This document shows positions 38,009-47,833 of a stretch of DNA of 64,000 nucleotides, piece by piece. Source of the stretch: an uncultured bacterium (GTDB lineage: Bacteria > Patescibacteriota > Minisyncoccia > Minisyncoccales > CAVTZN01); the NCBI GenBank assembly GCA_963703245.1, contig OY969803.1:59903-123902 (forward strand), in the 5' to 3' direction. A program made the translations under genes and the position numbers. Position 1 is the first letter of the stretch, and each line of letters begins with the position of its first letter. The notes below the pieces were generated by a model. The model had not been told where the DNA came from, did no database searches, and saw nothing but the letters and a program-made list of their open reading frames with translations.

Positions 38009-39220
38009 TTAAGCTTTATTATAACCAGATATATCTCTTAATTTTTGGATAACATGGGGCAAGATTTTTAAAACTCTATTTATTTCCCCTTCTGTTGTAT
38101 AACGGCCAAAAGAAAATCTAACTGAACTATGAGCTTCTTCTACACTTTTACCCAAAGCCAAAAGAACATGCGATGGCTCTAATGATTTTGCCGCGCAAGC
38201 AGAACCAGTAGAAACGCAGATTCCTTTCTGATCCAAAGCAACAACAATTGCTTCTCCTTCCACTCCTTTAAAACTAAAATTAGCGATGTTGGGTAAGGAA
38301 TTTTCAAAAACACCATTAAATTGCGAATCGGGAATATTTTTTAGAGTTTCTTTAATGAATTTTTCTTTTAATCTTTTTATTTTTTTATTTTTTGCTTTTT
38401 GTTTTTTAATTTGTTCTATCGCGTTTCCAATACCAACAATTCCGACTACATTTTCTGTTCCTGACCTTAATCCCTGTTCCTGACCGCCGCCTAAAATATG
38501 GGGGCTAAGAGGTATTCCTTTTTTGACATAAAGAACTCCTATTCCTTTCGGTCCGTAAATTTTATGACCGCTTAAGGTTAATAAATCAACCCCCAATCTT
38601 TCAATATTACAATCCAGCCAATTCGCCGCCTGAACAGCGTCGGTATGAAAAAAAGTTTTCTGGACTTTTGATTTTTCTTTAATCCGGTTGATATTTTTTA
38701 GCAATTTCCCAATCTCAATCATTGGCTGAATAACACCCGTCTCGTTATTAGCATACATTATTGAAACTAAAACCGTATTTTCTTTAATTTTTTTAGCTAA
38801 ATCGGAAATTTTAATCCGTCCTTGGTTGTCTACTGGCAGATAAGTAACTTCTATTCCTTCTTTTTCCAAAGCATTACAAGGCTCTAAAATTGATTTGTGC
38901 TCAGTTTTAGTGGTGATAATATGGGCGTTCTTGGCTTGAAAACTATAAATTGATGATTGTAGATTTCTAACTAATCCTTGGATTACAAGATTGTTTGCTT
39001 CGGTAGCAGACCCTGTAAAAATAATTTCTTCGGGAGCGCATCCCAAAAACTTAGCAATTTTTCCTCTACTCTCGTCAACCGCCATTAAAGATTTTTGGCC
39101 AAAATAATGGATAGAAGAAGGATTGCCAAAATTTATTTTTAAAAACGGTAACATCGCCCGAAAAACTTTCGGGTCAATTGGCGTGGTTGAAGAATAATCA
39201 AAATAAACTCTTTTTCGCAT
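38009..39220 (-). CDS. cysteine desulfurase (NifS/IscS class V aminotransferase)
   Basis: YFDYSSTTP, SGHKIYGPKGIG (PLP lysine) and SGSACA active-site Cys loop. Start chosen at MRKRVYFDY; the ORF track extends to 39241. Confidence 0.9.
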   Translation of the reverse strand: MRKRVYFDYSSTTPIDPKVFRAMLPFLKINFGNPSSIHYFGQKSLMAVDESRGKIAKFLGCAPEEIIFTGSATEANNLVIQGLVRNLQSSIYSFQAKNAHIITTKTEHKSILEPCNALEKEGIEVTYLPVDNQGRIKISDLAKKIKENTVLVSIMYANNETGVIQPMIEIGKLLKNINRIKEKSKVQKTFFHTDAVQAANWLDCNIERLGVDLLTLSGHKIYGPKGIGVLYVKKGIPLSPHILGGGQEQGLRSGTENVVGIVGIGNAIEQIKKQKAKNKKIKRLKEKFIKETLKNIPDSQFNGVFENSLPNIANFSFKGVEGEAIVVALDQKGICVSTGSACAAKSLEPSHVLLALGKSVEEAHSSVRFSFGRYTTEGEINRVLKILPHVIQKLRDISGYNKA

Positions 39221-39280
39221 AATAAGATATTTTACACCCAAAAAAAGAGCACATCAAGTAGCGCAAATTGGCGTTAGTGT

Positions 39281-39991
39281 TTAATCCTTTGCTTTTTTAT
39301 AATGGTTGAATTTATATTTTATAATATCTGATTTTATTGGTCCAAAAATAAAAATAAAAAAATTGGCGAGAAGATATTTAAAAGAAGATCTTAACCAACC
39401 TTCTTCTTGAAATCTTCTTATTGAAACTAAAATTTTAGATGATCTTAAAAAAGCGAATTTACCAAATTTCGAAGCTCTCACAACATAATCAACATCTTCA
39501 CCAAATTTTATTTTTTCATCAAATCCTCCAATTTTTTCGTGGATAGTTTTTTTAATCATCATAAAATTCATTGCTGAAGGACGAATCTTTTCCAATAATA
39601 AAATAGTTAGGTTATAAACAACATTATACACAATAAAGGAAAGAAAACTTTTCTTTTTTGGTGTTACCAAACAAGAGGCGACATCTAATTTTTTTTCTTC
39701 AAATTCCTTTAAAAATTTAAAAAGAGTGCTTTCAGGCAAAATTACATCTGCGTCTAAAAATAAAAATAAATCGCCTCTTGCGATTTTTGCGCCTTCGTTC
39801 CTTGCTTTTCCTGGTAATCCTCCACTAGAAATTCTACAGCCATAATTTTTAGCAATCTCAACCGTCTTGTCTGTTGAATTATTATCAGCGACGATTATTT
39901 CATAATCATTAAAATTCTGTTTTTTAATTGATTCGAGTAACAAAGGAAGATATTTTTCTTCGTTTAAGGTCGGAATAATAATTGAGAACAC
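39281..39991 (-). CDS. family 2 glycosyltransferase
   Basis: FSIIIPTLNEEKYLPLLLESIKKQNFNDYEIIVADNNSTDKT and LFLDADV (DxD). Confidence 0.8.
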   Translation of the reverse strand: MFSIIIPTLNEEKYLPLLLESIKKQNFNDYEIIVADNNSTDKTVEIAKNYGCRISSGGLPGKARNEGAKIARGDLFLFLDADVILPESTLFKFLKEFEEKKLDVASCLVTPKKKSFLSFIVYNVVYNLTILLLEKIRPSAMNFMMIKKTIHEKIGGFDEKIKFGEDVDYVVRASKFGKFAFLRSSKILVSIRRFQEEGWLRSSFKYLLANFFIFIFGPIKSDIIKYKFNHYKKAKD

Positions 39992-40036
39992 AATTTTTAA
40001 TTTCTAATTTTTAATTTATAATTTTTAATTTTAAAA

Positions 40037-41035
40037 CTAAAATAGTTTTTTTGCTTCGTTCCAGATTTCGGACTGCCCCTGTTTTTCTTTCATCCAATAC
40101 CACCACTCCCCTCCCCACAAATAAAATTCTTTTAGACCTGTATTTTTGAAAAATTCAATATTTTTCCGGAATTGTTCTAAATTCATTGTTTTTTGTTGTT
40201 CTGCTAAGGAACAATTAGAAGTGAGGTGGTGCGGACACCATGGTTCTACTTGGCATTCAACGCAAATCACATCTTTATTGAATATTTTTTTGATAATCTG
40301 GGCTTTACGATTATAAAAAGTTGGCGGAAAGGGATAACGAAGATAAAACCCAATTTGCCGAAACCAAACTTTTTTATACATAGTAGTGCCGACAATATCG
40401 CCAAAATGAGCAGCTGAAATCCAGAACGAACCCTCTCCGCTATCAGAAATTAATACCGGCCTTTTTAGAGAATCAAGATTTTTTACTAATTCTATTTCTT
40501 TTTTTAAAAATTCTTTATCAACCCAGGGGCATTCTCCAAAGGGGAAAAATGGCTCGTTTTCCACCTGCCAAGCCCATATTACTTCTGAATTTTGGTATTT
40601 TGAAACAATTTTTTCAATCAAGCTTAATATTCTTTCCTGCTGGTCTTTTTTGTTTAAATTTTTCGCCCATTCGGGAATATGGCATTCTGGCCAGCGCGGA
40701 CTTTTCATCCCAATTACCAAAAGAATATTTACTCCTCGATTCTCTGCTTCTTTGATTTGCCAATCCAAATCATTAAATTGATACTCCCCTTCTTTTTGTT
40801 CAATCAAATCCCAATAACTGGCTAATTTTAAATTCTTTGCCCCTAAATCATCCATTAAAGCTAAATAAGTTTCTTTCCAATCTAAACCTAAATTTTGCGC
40901 CTGTTTTTGGGAGAAATTTACGCCCCAGGTAATTTTTTCCGCTGGTTTTGTTTCGCCAATAAAAAAATAGCTGACAAAAATTAAAATAATAATTAAAAAT
41001 CCAAATAAAGTTCGTTTAATAATTTTCTTGATCAT
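40037..41035 (-). CDS. membrane-anchored TIM-barrel glycoside-hydrolase-like protein (GH5/GH42-like)
   Basis: N-terminal TM. WDLIEQKEGEYQFNDLDWQIKEAENRGVNILLVIG and WQVENEPF (NEP acid/base motif). Confidence 0.5.
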   Translation of the reverse strand: MIKKIIKRTLFGFLIIILIFVSYFFIGETKPAEKITWGVNFSQKQAQNLGLDWKETYLALMDDLGAKNLKLASYWDLIEQKEGEYQFNDLDWQIKEAENRGVNILLVIGMKSPRWPECHIPEWAKNLNKKDQQERILSLIEKIVSKYQNSEVIWAWQVENEPFFPFGECPWVDKEFLKKEIELVKNLDSLKRPVLISDSGEGSFWISAAHFGDIVGTTMYKKVWFRQIGFYLRYPFPPTFYNRKAQIIKKIFNKDVICVECQVEPWCPHHLTSNCSLAEQQKTMNLEQFRKNIEFFKNTGLKEFYLWGGEWWYWMKEKQGQSEIWNEAKKLF

Positions 41036-41036
41036 C

Positions 41037-41942
41037 TTACCTTAAAGCGACTAAAACCAAACCTCCTATAATTAATAAAATGGCGAATATTTTTTGGAAA
41101 AGAATTTTCTTTGAAGTTTCCTCTTTTAGGATTTGAGGAAATTTAATAGAAATCAAAATGCTAAAAATTAATACGAATATGTATTTGGTTCCTTCTAAAG
41201 CATTGATAAAAGGCAGAAAGCTTAATGGGACAATGGCAATGGCCCAGTTTTGCAAAAGAAAAGCAACCGATCCAACAACCTGATTCCCAAGAAAAATGGC
41301 ACCTGTCTTTTTTTGGAAAGTGGGTTTTCTCCTAAAAATTTCGTCTCTCACCTCTTTGCCAAAAAGAAAGAAAAGGGCTGTTAAAAAACCACCGATTCTC
41401 ATCCAAATAAAGCCCGTCCAAAACGGCTGATTCATATAAACATATTTAGTTAAAACAAAGGTAATAGCAAATAAAAAAGCTGCCAGGGCTGTAATTTTAA
41501 GGCTCTTAAGAGAAATGGATTTCTTTTTTTCGAAAGTAATAAAAATACTCCCCAAGATAAGCAAAATGAAGGCTATAATTTCTCCGAAATTCAAGACTTG
41601 TTTTTCTCCCGAAACAAAAAAGACAAATCCAAAAGTAAATAACGGCAAAAATCCACCGATTGCCGGCGCCACTTTTGAAACTTCAAAATGTTCTAAAGCG
41701 GTATAATAACAAAAACTAGCAAGGATTAAAAAGGAACCTGCTAAAAGGCTTAAAATGATTTGAAATAAGCTCGGAATTGAAAAACCTACAAATGGTATTA
41801 AAAACAAAACCAAAAGCCCTAATATCCCCACATAAAATGAGTAGTTCTTGGGATTGGGCGGACCATTTAAAAGATATTCATCGCCCAATGTAGAAATAGC
41901 TAAAAAAAAGTAGGCTAAAATTATAATTATCAACCAAAGCAT
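41037..41942 (-). CDS. 10-TM EamA/DMT-superfamily-like permease
   Basis: 301-aa ORF, highly hydrophobic, with a two-halves architecture. No specific motif. Confidence 0.5.
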   Translation of the reverse strand: MLWLIIIILAYFFLAISTLGDEYLLNGPPNPKNYSFYVGILGLLVLFLIPFVGFSIPSLFQIILSLLAGSFLILASFCYYTALEHFEVSKVAPAIGGFLPLFTFGFVFFVSGEKQVLNFGEIIAFILLILGSIFITFEKKKSISLKSLKITALAAFLFAITFVLTKYVYMNQPFWTGFIWMRIGGFLTALFFLFGKEVRDEIFRRKPTFQKKTGAIFLGNQVVGSVAFLLQNWAIAIVPLSFLPFINALEGTKYIFVLIFSILISIKFPQILKEETSKKILFQKIFAILLIIGGLVLVALR

Positions 41943-41979
41943 AAAATTATTTTTAGGTTATAGGTTTAAATAATTATTT

Positions 41980-43113
41980 TTACAAATTTCGGCATAGTAA
42001 AAAGCATGATGGACGCGGCTTTCTTTCTAGGGTTTTGTAATCAATCCCAATTAATCCAAACTCCGGCTCAAATCCCCTGTGCCATTCTAAATTATCCATC
42101 AACGACCAGTGAAAATAACCACGAACATCAATTCCTTCTTCAATAGCTTTATGTGTCCAAAATAAATGGTCTTTTATAAAATCTTTTCTTAGTTTGTCTT
42201 CTTTATCAGCTAAGCCATTCTCGGTGATATAAATTGGCTTTTTATATTTTTTTAAATTTTTTAATACGTGATAGATGCCTTCTGGATAAATCTCCCATCC
42301 TAAATCTGAAACTATTTTATTTTCATTTTGGTTGAATTTGAAACCTTTTATCCGATTATGAAAATAATAATTTAATCCGATAAATTCTAAATGATTTTTA
42401 ATTCTGTCTAAGATGTAAAAATGATCTAATCGCTCGACAATAATTTTTACTAAGCGACTCACCGGATCGTTAAAAGCTTCATAACAAGTATTATTTGTGG
42501 CAATCCCCACTTGTGCATTCGGTTGTATCTTTTTAATTATTTTATATGCTTCTCGATGGGTTTTGATCAGGTTATTTAACACAACAAGAAAAGAAAAAAT
42601 ATTCTTCTTCTGAGGAGGCCAAATTCCTTTAAAATACGAAGAAGTAGCATATATCTCTGGTTCGTTTATGGTAATCCAAAATTTTACATTATCTTTCAGA
42701 GAAGAGACGATTTTCTCTACATATCTTGAAAAATAGTAAGCAATTTTTCTTGATTCCCAATTACCTTTATTTTTTAGCCATAAAGGATTGGTCCAGTGCC
42801 ACAACCCAACAAATGGTTCAATGCCACGTTTTCTTAGAGCTAAAATTACCTGCCGATAATGTTCAATTTCTTTTTCATCAAATTTTCCTTCTTCTGGTTC
42901 AATCCTAGACCATTCAATTGAAAATCGGTAAGTGTTTTGATTTAGGGATTTTAATAAATCGAAGTCTTCTTCATAGCGATTATAATGATCACAAGCTTGG
43001 CCTGCTGGAAAGTCTTTTGACCAATCGCAATTTTCGATTCCTCCTTCAACTTGATAGGAAGAAGTAGACGATCCCCAAAGAAATCCCGCGGGGAATTTTA
43101 ATAATCTATCCAT
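41980..43113 (-). CDS. family 1 glycoside hydrolase (beta-glucosidase-like), short form
   Basis: FLWGSSTSSYQVEGG, ITINEPE (acid/base) and YITENGLAD (nucleophile). Confidence 0.8.
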   Translation of the reverse strand: MDRLLKFPAGFLWGSSTSSYQVEGGIENCDWSKDFPAGQACDHYNRYEEDFDLLKSLNQNTYRFSIEWSRIEPEEGKFDEKEIEHYRQVILALRKRGIEPFVGLWHWTNPLWLKNKGNWESRKIAYYFSRYVEKIVSSLKDNVKFWITINEPEIYATSSYFKGIWPPQKKNIFSFLVVLNNLIKTHREAYKIIKKIQPNAQVGIATNNTCYEAFNDPVSRLVKIIVERLDHFYILDRIKNHLEFIGLNYYFHNRIKGFKFNQNENKIVSDLGWEIYPEGIYHVLKNLKKYKKPIYITENGLADKEDKLRKDFIKDHLFWTHKAIEEGIDVRGYFHWSLMDNLEWHRGFEPEFGLIGIDYKTLERKPRPSCFLLCRNL

Positions 43114-43128
43114 TTTTTGAAATTTTAT

Positions 43129-44484
43129 TTAACGGGATGAAATTATTTTTTCGATACTTAGGGTTCCTAATTTTTCTCCTTCAATAAAACCTTGGAGAGC
43201 GGCTTCGGCAAGATATCCTTTATTTATCCAATCAAAAAGCCATTCTTCTGTATAATTTGTGTCTTCTTGAGATAATCCAAAACCTGATTTTAGAAGCCAC
43301 CTCATATTAAAATCCTCCTGGGAGCCGATTGGCGGAGCAATAATAATTGGAATTCCCAAAGCAGCGTAAAAAGAAAGTTCTGATGGCTTTGTCCATAAAA
43401 TGTCCGTTTTTCTTAATTTTTGGTTAAATGTTTGAAAATAATTTTCAATATTTTTCTCAAATAATATTTCAATGTTTTGACCCAAGTATTCTTTTAAGTT
43501 TAATTTTTCTATGTTTTTCTCAAAATATCCTTTAACTTTTTCTCTAATGCCAGCTGATAGAATTATTTTAATCTCGCTGTTTTTAATTTTTTCAGCGAGA
43601 CCTTTTAGAATATTTATTGCCAGTCCTTTTTGGGCTCCGGCACCGCCGACGGAAAACATTATTGTCAAAGAATGATCTGATTTTTCGGGTAAATTGCCTA
43701 AATTGGCGTCTATAAGCGTTTTATATGTTTCAAAATATTTTCTTTGGGGATCTAAATTTAAAATTCTATATTTTAAATCTTCTTTTATAATTTCTAAATT
43801 TCCTCCCCCAACATTTTCTAAAGGTAAGGGATAACCTGTGAAAAAAATATTTTCTGGCTTTACTCCATAAAGTTTTAATCTTTCAACCACTCTTTCGGTT
43901 GGAGCGAAATATTTAATTATGCTTTCTTTTGGATTTAGGGGAGCCCAAGCCCTGGAAATATCAGCATCGCAAACAACGCAAAAAATTTCTCCAGGATATT
44001 CAAAAGTTTCTGCCATAAATGCTGGAATAAAAAAAGTAGAGATAATTGGTAAATCCGTTTTGAGTTTTGAGTTTTGAGTTTTGAGTTTTTCAAAAAGGTC
44101 TCTTCCCCATCCTTTTTTAATTAAAGAATATGCTTGTTTCAACTGAAAGCTTGATTTTGACAAATCTCTTTTCGGATAAAAACTAAATATTTTTTGAAAT
44201 CTATCAAAAATAGCAAAAAAAAGTTTACCGACAAAAGAAGTCTGATAGAAACTGGAGATAAATTCATAAAATTTCCTTTGGCTTTCCCAAATTTTTCTGT
44301 CTTTTTTAGGAATTCCTTCATAATCATTAGCATTAATAACGGACCCTGACCCGATATATCGCCGTTCAGGCGTTATAATTTTATCTTCTGGCGCTAAATA
44401 TTTTAAAGGAAAGGCTGTCCTCTGATGCCCGTAACCCATATTAACTGAAATAATCCAAGCTTTTTTGTTAGTTAATTTATCCAT
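43129..44484 (-). CDS. putative GT-B-fold glycosyltransferase (MGDG-synthase/MurG-like N-terminus)
   Basis: 451-aa ORF. WIISVNMGYGHQRTA resembles the G-x-GH loop of the MGDG-synthase/MurG family. The assignment is weak. Confidence 0.4.
   Translation of the reverse strand: MDKLTNKKAWIISVNMGYGHQRTAFPLKYLAPEDKIITPERRYIGSGSVINANDYEGIPKKDRKIWESQRKFYEFISSFYQTSFVGKLFFAIFDRFQKIFSFYPKRDLSKSSFQLKQAYSLIKKGWGRDLFEKLKTQNSKLKTDLPIISTFFIPAFMAETFEYPGEIFCVVCDADISRAWAPLNPKESIIKYFAPTERVVERLKLYGVKPENIFFTGYPLPLENVGGGNLEIIKEDLKYRILNLDPQRKYFETYKTLIDANLGNLPEKSDHSLTIMFSVGGAGAQKGLAINILKGLAEKIKNSEIKIILSAGIREKVKGYFEKNIEKLNLKEYLGQNIEILFEKNIENYFQTFNQKLRKTDILWTKPSELSFYAALGIPIIIAPPIGSQEDFNMRWLLKSGFGLSQEDTNYTEEWLFDWINKGYLAEAALQGFIEGEKLGTLSIEKIISSR
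44057..44089. repeat. heptanucleotide tandem repeat (GTTTTGA) x4 plus a partial fifth unit, inside the CDS 43129..44484
   Basis: GTTTTGAGTTTTGAGTTTTGAGTTTTGAGTTTT read directly. Encodes KLKTQNSKLKT on the minus strand. Confidence 0.9.
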
Positions 44485-44695
44485 AATTCGATTAAAACAA
44501 GAATTATATAGTTCTTGCCGAAGGCAAGGTTTATATATTACAATAATTTTATCATATTTTCTGCCTTAATACTAAATCAATAATCTAGAAATTTAGGACT
44601 TTGTTCCTATTATAGTTCGATTCTCTTGAGTCCTTGAGCCCTCGGTGAAATTTTTTCGTAGGAGGCTTTTTTCTTTTTCTCAAAAATAAAAATTG

Positions 44696-44712
44696 CTGAG
44701 ATTATTTCTCAG
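44696..44712 (-). terminator. hairpin CTGAGA-TTATT-TCTCAG after nrdG
   Basis: On the minus strand it is followed by CAATTTTTATTTTT. Confidence 0.45.
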
Positions 44713-44742
44713 TTAAAAATTAAATTTAAGTAAATTAAGAGT

Positions 44743-45450
44743 TTACCTTATCTGGCAAACTTCGAAAAATGGTGAAATAGCTTTTTGAATTTCTAAAAGA
44801 TAGCTTTCAGGATATGGTTGGATTTTTTCAAAATCAGAATCAATTGTTTTTTGGGGTTGGAAATTTTGTAAAAAATATTTTGGAGCAGGCTGTATCCAAC
44901 GGGCAATTTCTAAAACGTCTTCCTTGGTTAACAGGAGAGGAACTATCGTCGTTCTAAATTCATAATCAACTCTTTTTTGATTTAAAATATCCATACTCTT
45001 TTGAATGTTTTCAATAATATCCAAGGCGCTATTGATATTTCCAATAAGTCCCTGATATTTCTCTTTAGGAGCCTTGATGTCCATCGCCACATAATCAACT
45101 AAGCCATTTTCAATTAAGTTTTGCAGCATTTCAGGATTTGAACCATTCGTATCAAGCTTAACAAAATATCCTAAATTTTTAATTTTTTCAATAAAATCCG
45201 GCAAGTCTTGATAGAGTGTAGGTTCTCCTCCCGAAATACAAACTCCCTCTAAAAGTCCTTTTCTTTCTTTAAGGAAAAAAAATAATTCTTTTTCAGAAAT
45301 TTGGGGTTGTTTTTTTATTTTTTCCGGGATCACGAGCTCGCTGTTTTGACACCAAGGACATTGAAAATTACAGCCAAGACAAAAAACCGTAGCGGATATC
45401 CGCCCCGGAAAATCAATTAAACTAAGTTTTTGAAGACCTCCAATTAACAT
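44743..45450 (-). CDS. nrdG: anaerobic ribonucleoside-triphosphate reductase activating protein (radical SAM)
   Basis: CNFQCPWCQN cluster motif and GGEPTL. Lies directly downstream of nrdD. Confidence 0.85.
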   Translation of the reverse strand: MLIGGLQKLSLIDFPGRISATVFCLGCNFQCPWCQNSELVIPEKIKKQPQISEKELFFFLKERKGLLEGVCISGGEPTLYQDLPDFIEKIKNLGYFVKLDTNGSNPEMLQNLIENGLVDYVAMDIKAPKEKYQGLIGNINSALDIIENIQKSMDILNQKRVDYEFRTTIVPLLLTKEDVLEIARWIQPAPKYFLQNFQPQKTIDSDFEKIQPYPESYLLEIQKAISPFFEVCQIR

Positions 45451-45454
45451 CTAA

Positions 45455-47572
45455 TTAAACATTAACTGCTATTGATTTGCTAATTTTAAATTCTTTTCTC
45501 TGTCGAAATTCCTCTTGTTTTCCAAGATGCCATTGCTGGACTGGCCTTAAATAGCCAACGATTCTGGAATAAACTTCGCAAGGTTGTTTAATTGTGCATT
45601 TTGGACATTCAAAATGTTCGCCGTCCAAATATCCGTGAGTAGGACAGATAGAAAATGTGGGGCTGATAGTGATATATGGCAAATGGAAGTTTTCAAAAGT
45701 TTTCTTAATTAAATTTTTTACGGTTTGAATATCAGAAATTCTTTCTCCTATAAACATATGCAGAACCGTTCCGCCAGTATATTTGCATTGAATATCGTCT
45801 TGAAGTTTAAGTGCTTCAAATACATCTTCGGTGTAATTAACTGGCAGTTGACTACTATTCGTATAATATGGCTCTTTTTTACCAGCAGTAATAATATCTG
45901 GATACAGTTCTTTATCTTTTAAAGCTAACCTATAAGAAGTTCCTTCGGCTGGCGTTGCTTCAAGATTATAAAGATTCCCAGTTTCTTTTTGGTATTGCAC
46001 TAATCTATCCCGCATGAAATCTAAAATCTCAATTGTAAAAAGTCTGCCTTTTTTAGTAGCTATAGTTTCGCCAATAAAATTTAAAATTGCTTCATTCATT
46101 CCTACTAATCCAATCGTAGAAAAATGATTACTGAAATACTGACCTCTCATTTGTTTTATTCCAAATAAATAAAATTTGGAATAGGGATAAAGACCTTTGT
46201 CTATAAAATTTTCCAAAGTTTTTCTTTTTATTTCCAAACTTTCTTTTGCTAAATCCATTACTTTTACTAATCTTTCAAAAAATTCTTTTTTAGTTTTTGA
46301 AAGGTAGCCAATTCTTGGAAGGTCAACTGTAACTACGCCTATTGAGCCAGTTAAGGGATAAGAACCAAATAAACCCCCTCCTCTCATATAAAGTTCTTTA
46401 TTTGATAGCCTTAAACGGCAACACATAGAACGAACATCTTCTGGCGCCATATCAGAATGAATAAAATTGGAAAAATAATTTACTCCATATTTTGCTGTTG
46501 CCTCCCACATCAAACTTAAATTAGGATTATCCCAGTTAAAATCTTTAGTAATATTCACGGTTGGAATTGGAAAAGTAAAGGGCCTGCCCTTTGCATCTCC
46601 TTCCATTAAAACTTCGTAAAATGCTTTATTAAATATATTCATTTCTTCCTGGAATTCCCCATAGGTTTCTTTTTGCGGCTGGCCGCCAATGATTACTGGT
46701 TGTTTTGCCATAGTCGGGGAGGGAGTAATATCTATAGTTACATTTGTAAAAGGGGTTTGAAAACCAACACGAGTCGGAATGGCGCAATTAAATATAAATT
46801 CTTGCATTGCCTGTTTTACTTGGGCATAATTTAAATTATCGTATCTAATAAAAGGAGCTAATAAAGTATCAACAGAAGAAAAAGCCACAGCGCCAGCTGT
46901 TTCCCCCTGTATTGTATAAAAGAAATTTACCATCTGTCCCAAAGCGGTTCTTAAATGTTTTGGTGGTTTTGATTCAACTTTTCCAAAAACTCCGCGAAAA
47001 CCTTTTATTAATAAATCATAAAGATCCCAACCGCCACAATAAGGTGCTAAAGCGTCTAAATTATGAATGTGTAAATCTCCTCCTTGACTAGCTTCTCTAA
47101 TTTCTTTTGTATAAATTTTATTAAGCCAATATTTTTTAGTCACAGCTGATTTAACATATTCATTTAATCCCTGCAAAGAATAAGCCATATTTGCATTTTC
47201 TTTGATTTGCCAATCGAGTTCTTGAATATATTTATCAACCATTTCCACTGATTCGTCTATTGCTCCAATTGCTTCTCTGATTTTTCTTCTTTGTTCACGA
47301 TACAGAATGTAAGCCCTTGCCGTTTCAACTAATCCTTCTAAAATTAAAACTTCTTCAACGATATCCTGAATTTCCTCAACCTTTGGAATTTCGTCTTTTT
47401 TAAATCTACGATTTAAAAAAGAAACTACCTTATCGGAAAGTTTCTTAGATTTTTTCCCATCACCCTGTTTAGTTGCGGTCAGGGCTTTTAAAATGGCTTT
47501 TGTAATTTTCTCTTGTTCAAAATCAACAATTGAACCGTCTCTTTTTTCAACTTTTGTAATTTTGTTTTCCAT
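45455..47572 (-). CDS. nrdD: anaerobic (class III) ribonucleoside-triphosphate reductase
   Basis: N-terminal ATP-cone (KRDGSIVDFEQEKI). C-terminal Zn ribbon CPTHGYLDGEHFECPKC. Glycyl-radical motif SRIVGYLRPV. Confidence 0.95.
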   Translation of the reverse strand: MENKITKVEKRDGSIVDFEQEKITKAILKALTATKQGDGKKSKKLSDKVVSFLNRRFKKDEIPKVEEIQDIVEEVLILEGLVETARAYILYREQRRKIREAIGAIDESVEMVDKYIQELDWQIKENANMAYSLQGLNEYVKSAVTKKYWLNKIYTKEIREASQGGDLHIHNLDALAPYCGGWDLYDLLIKGFRGVFGKVESKPPKHLRTALGQMVNFFYTIQGETAGAVAFSSVDTLLAPFIRYDNLNYAQVKQAMQEFIFNCAIPTRVGFQTPFTNVTIDITPSPTMAKQPVIIGGQPQKETYGEFQEEMNIFNKAFYEVLMEGDAKGRPFTFPIPTVNITKDFNWDNPNLSLMWEATAKYGVNYFSNFIHSDMAPEDVRSMCCRLRLSNKELYMRGGGLFGSYPLTGSIGVVTVDLPRIGYLSKTKKEFFERLVKVMDLAKESLEIKRKTLENFIDKGLYPYSKFYLFGIKQMRGQYFSNHFSTIGLVGMNEAILNFIGETIATKKGRLFTIEILDFMRDRLVQYQKETGNLYNLEATPAEGTSYRLALKDKELYPDIITAGKKEPYYTNSSQLPVNYTEDVFEALKLQDDIQCKYTGGTVLHMFIGERISDIQTVKNLIKKTFENFHLPYITISPTFSICPTHGYLDGEHFECPKCTIKQPCEVYSRIVGYLRPVQQWHLGKQEEFRQRKEFKISKSIAVNV

Positions 47573-47730
47573 TTCTTTTATTGGTTATGAGTTTTTAAAA
47601 ATTTCGACTGTTGTTAATTTTTGAGCTTAAGTGAAGCAAAAATTCTTAAATTTCGACAATTAAAAACGAATTATAAATTCGTTTTTAATTTTAATTTGCT
47701 GATATTACTTCATTTTATGAAAACAAAAAA

Positions 47731-47747
47731 GGCTGGTCAAGACCAGC
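47731..47747 (-). terminator. rho-independent terminator after ftsZ
   Basis: GCTGGT-CAAG-ACCAGC. On the minus strand it is followed by CTTTTTTGTTTTC. A second AT-rich palindrome AAAAACGAATT-ATA-AATTCGTTTTT lies at 47662-47686. Confidence 0.6.
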
Positions 47748-47833
47748 TGTCAAGTCCTTCACCTTTTTATCCTTTTAAAGGGTGAGGGTCAAGCCTTTTA
47801 AATGAAAATTTCCCAAAAGAGGGGCTAAATTTT

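Noticed and set aside
44614-44623. A T-loop-like AGTTCGATTC in the nrdG-downstream spacer, considered as a possible tRNA or tRNA fragment (att site).
   Set aside because: The flanks cannot be folded into a T-stem or an acceptor stem, and there is no cloverleaf.
47599-47657. Direct 10-mer repeat AAATTTCGAC (47599-47608 and 47648-47657) upstream of nrdD, considered as NrdR boxes.
   Set aside because: It does not resemble the palindromic NrdR box consensus. It is AT-rich and short, no nrdR gene is in the window, and chance occurrence is plausible.
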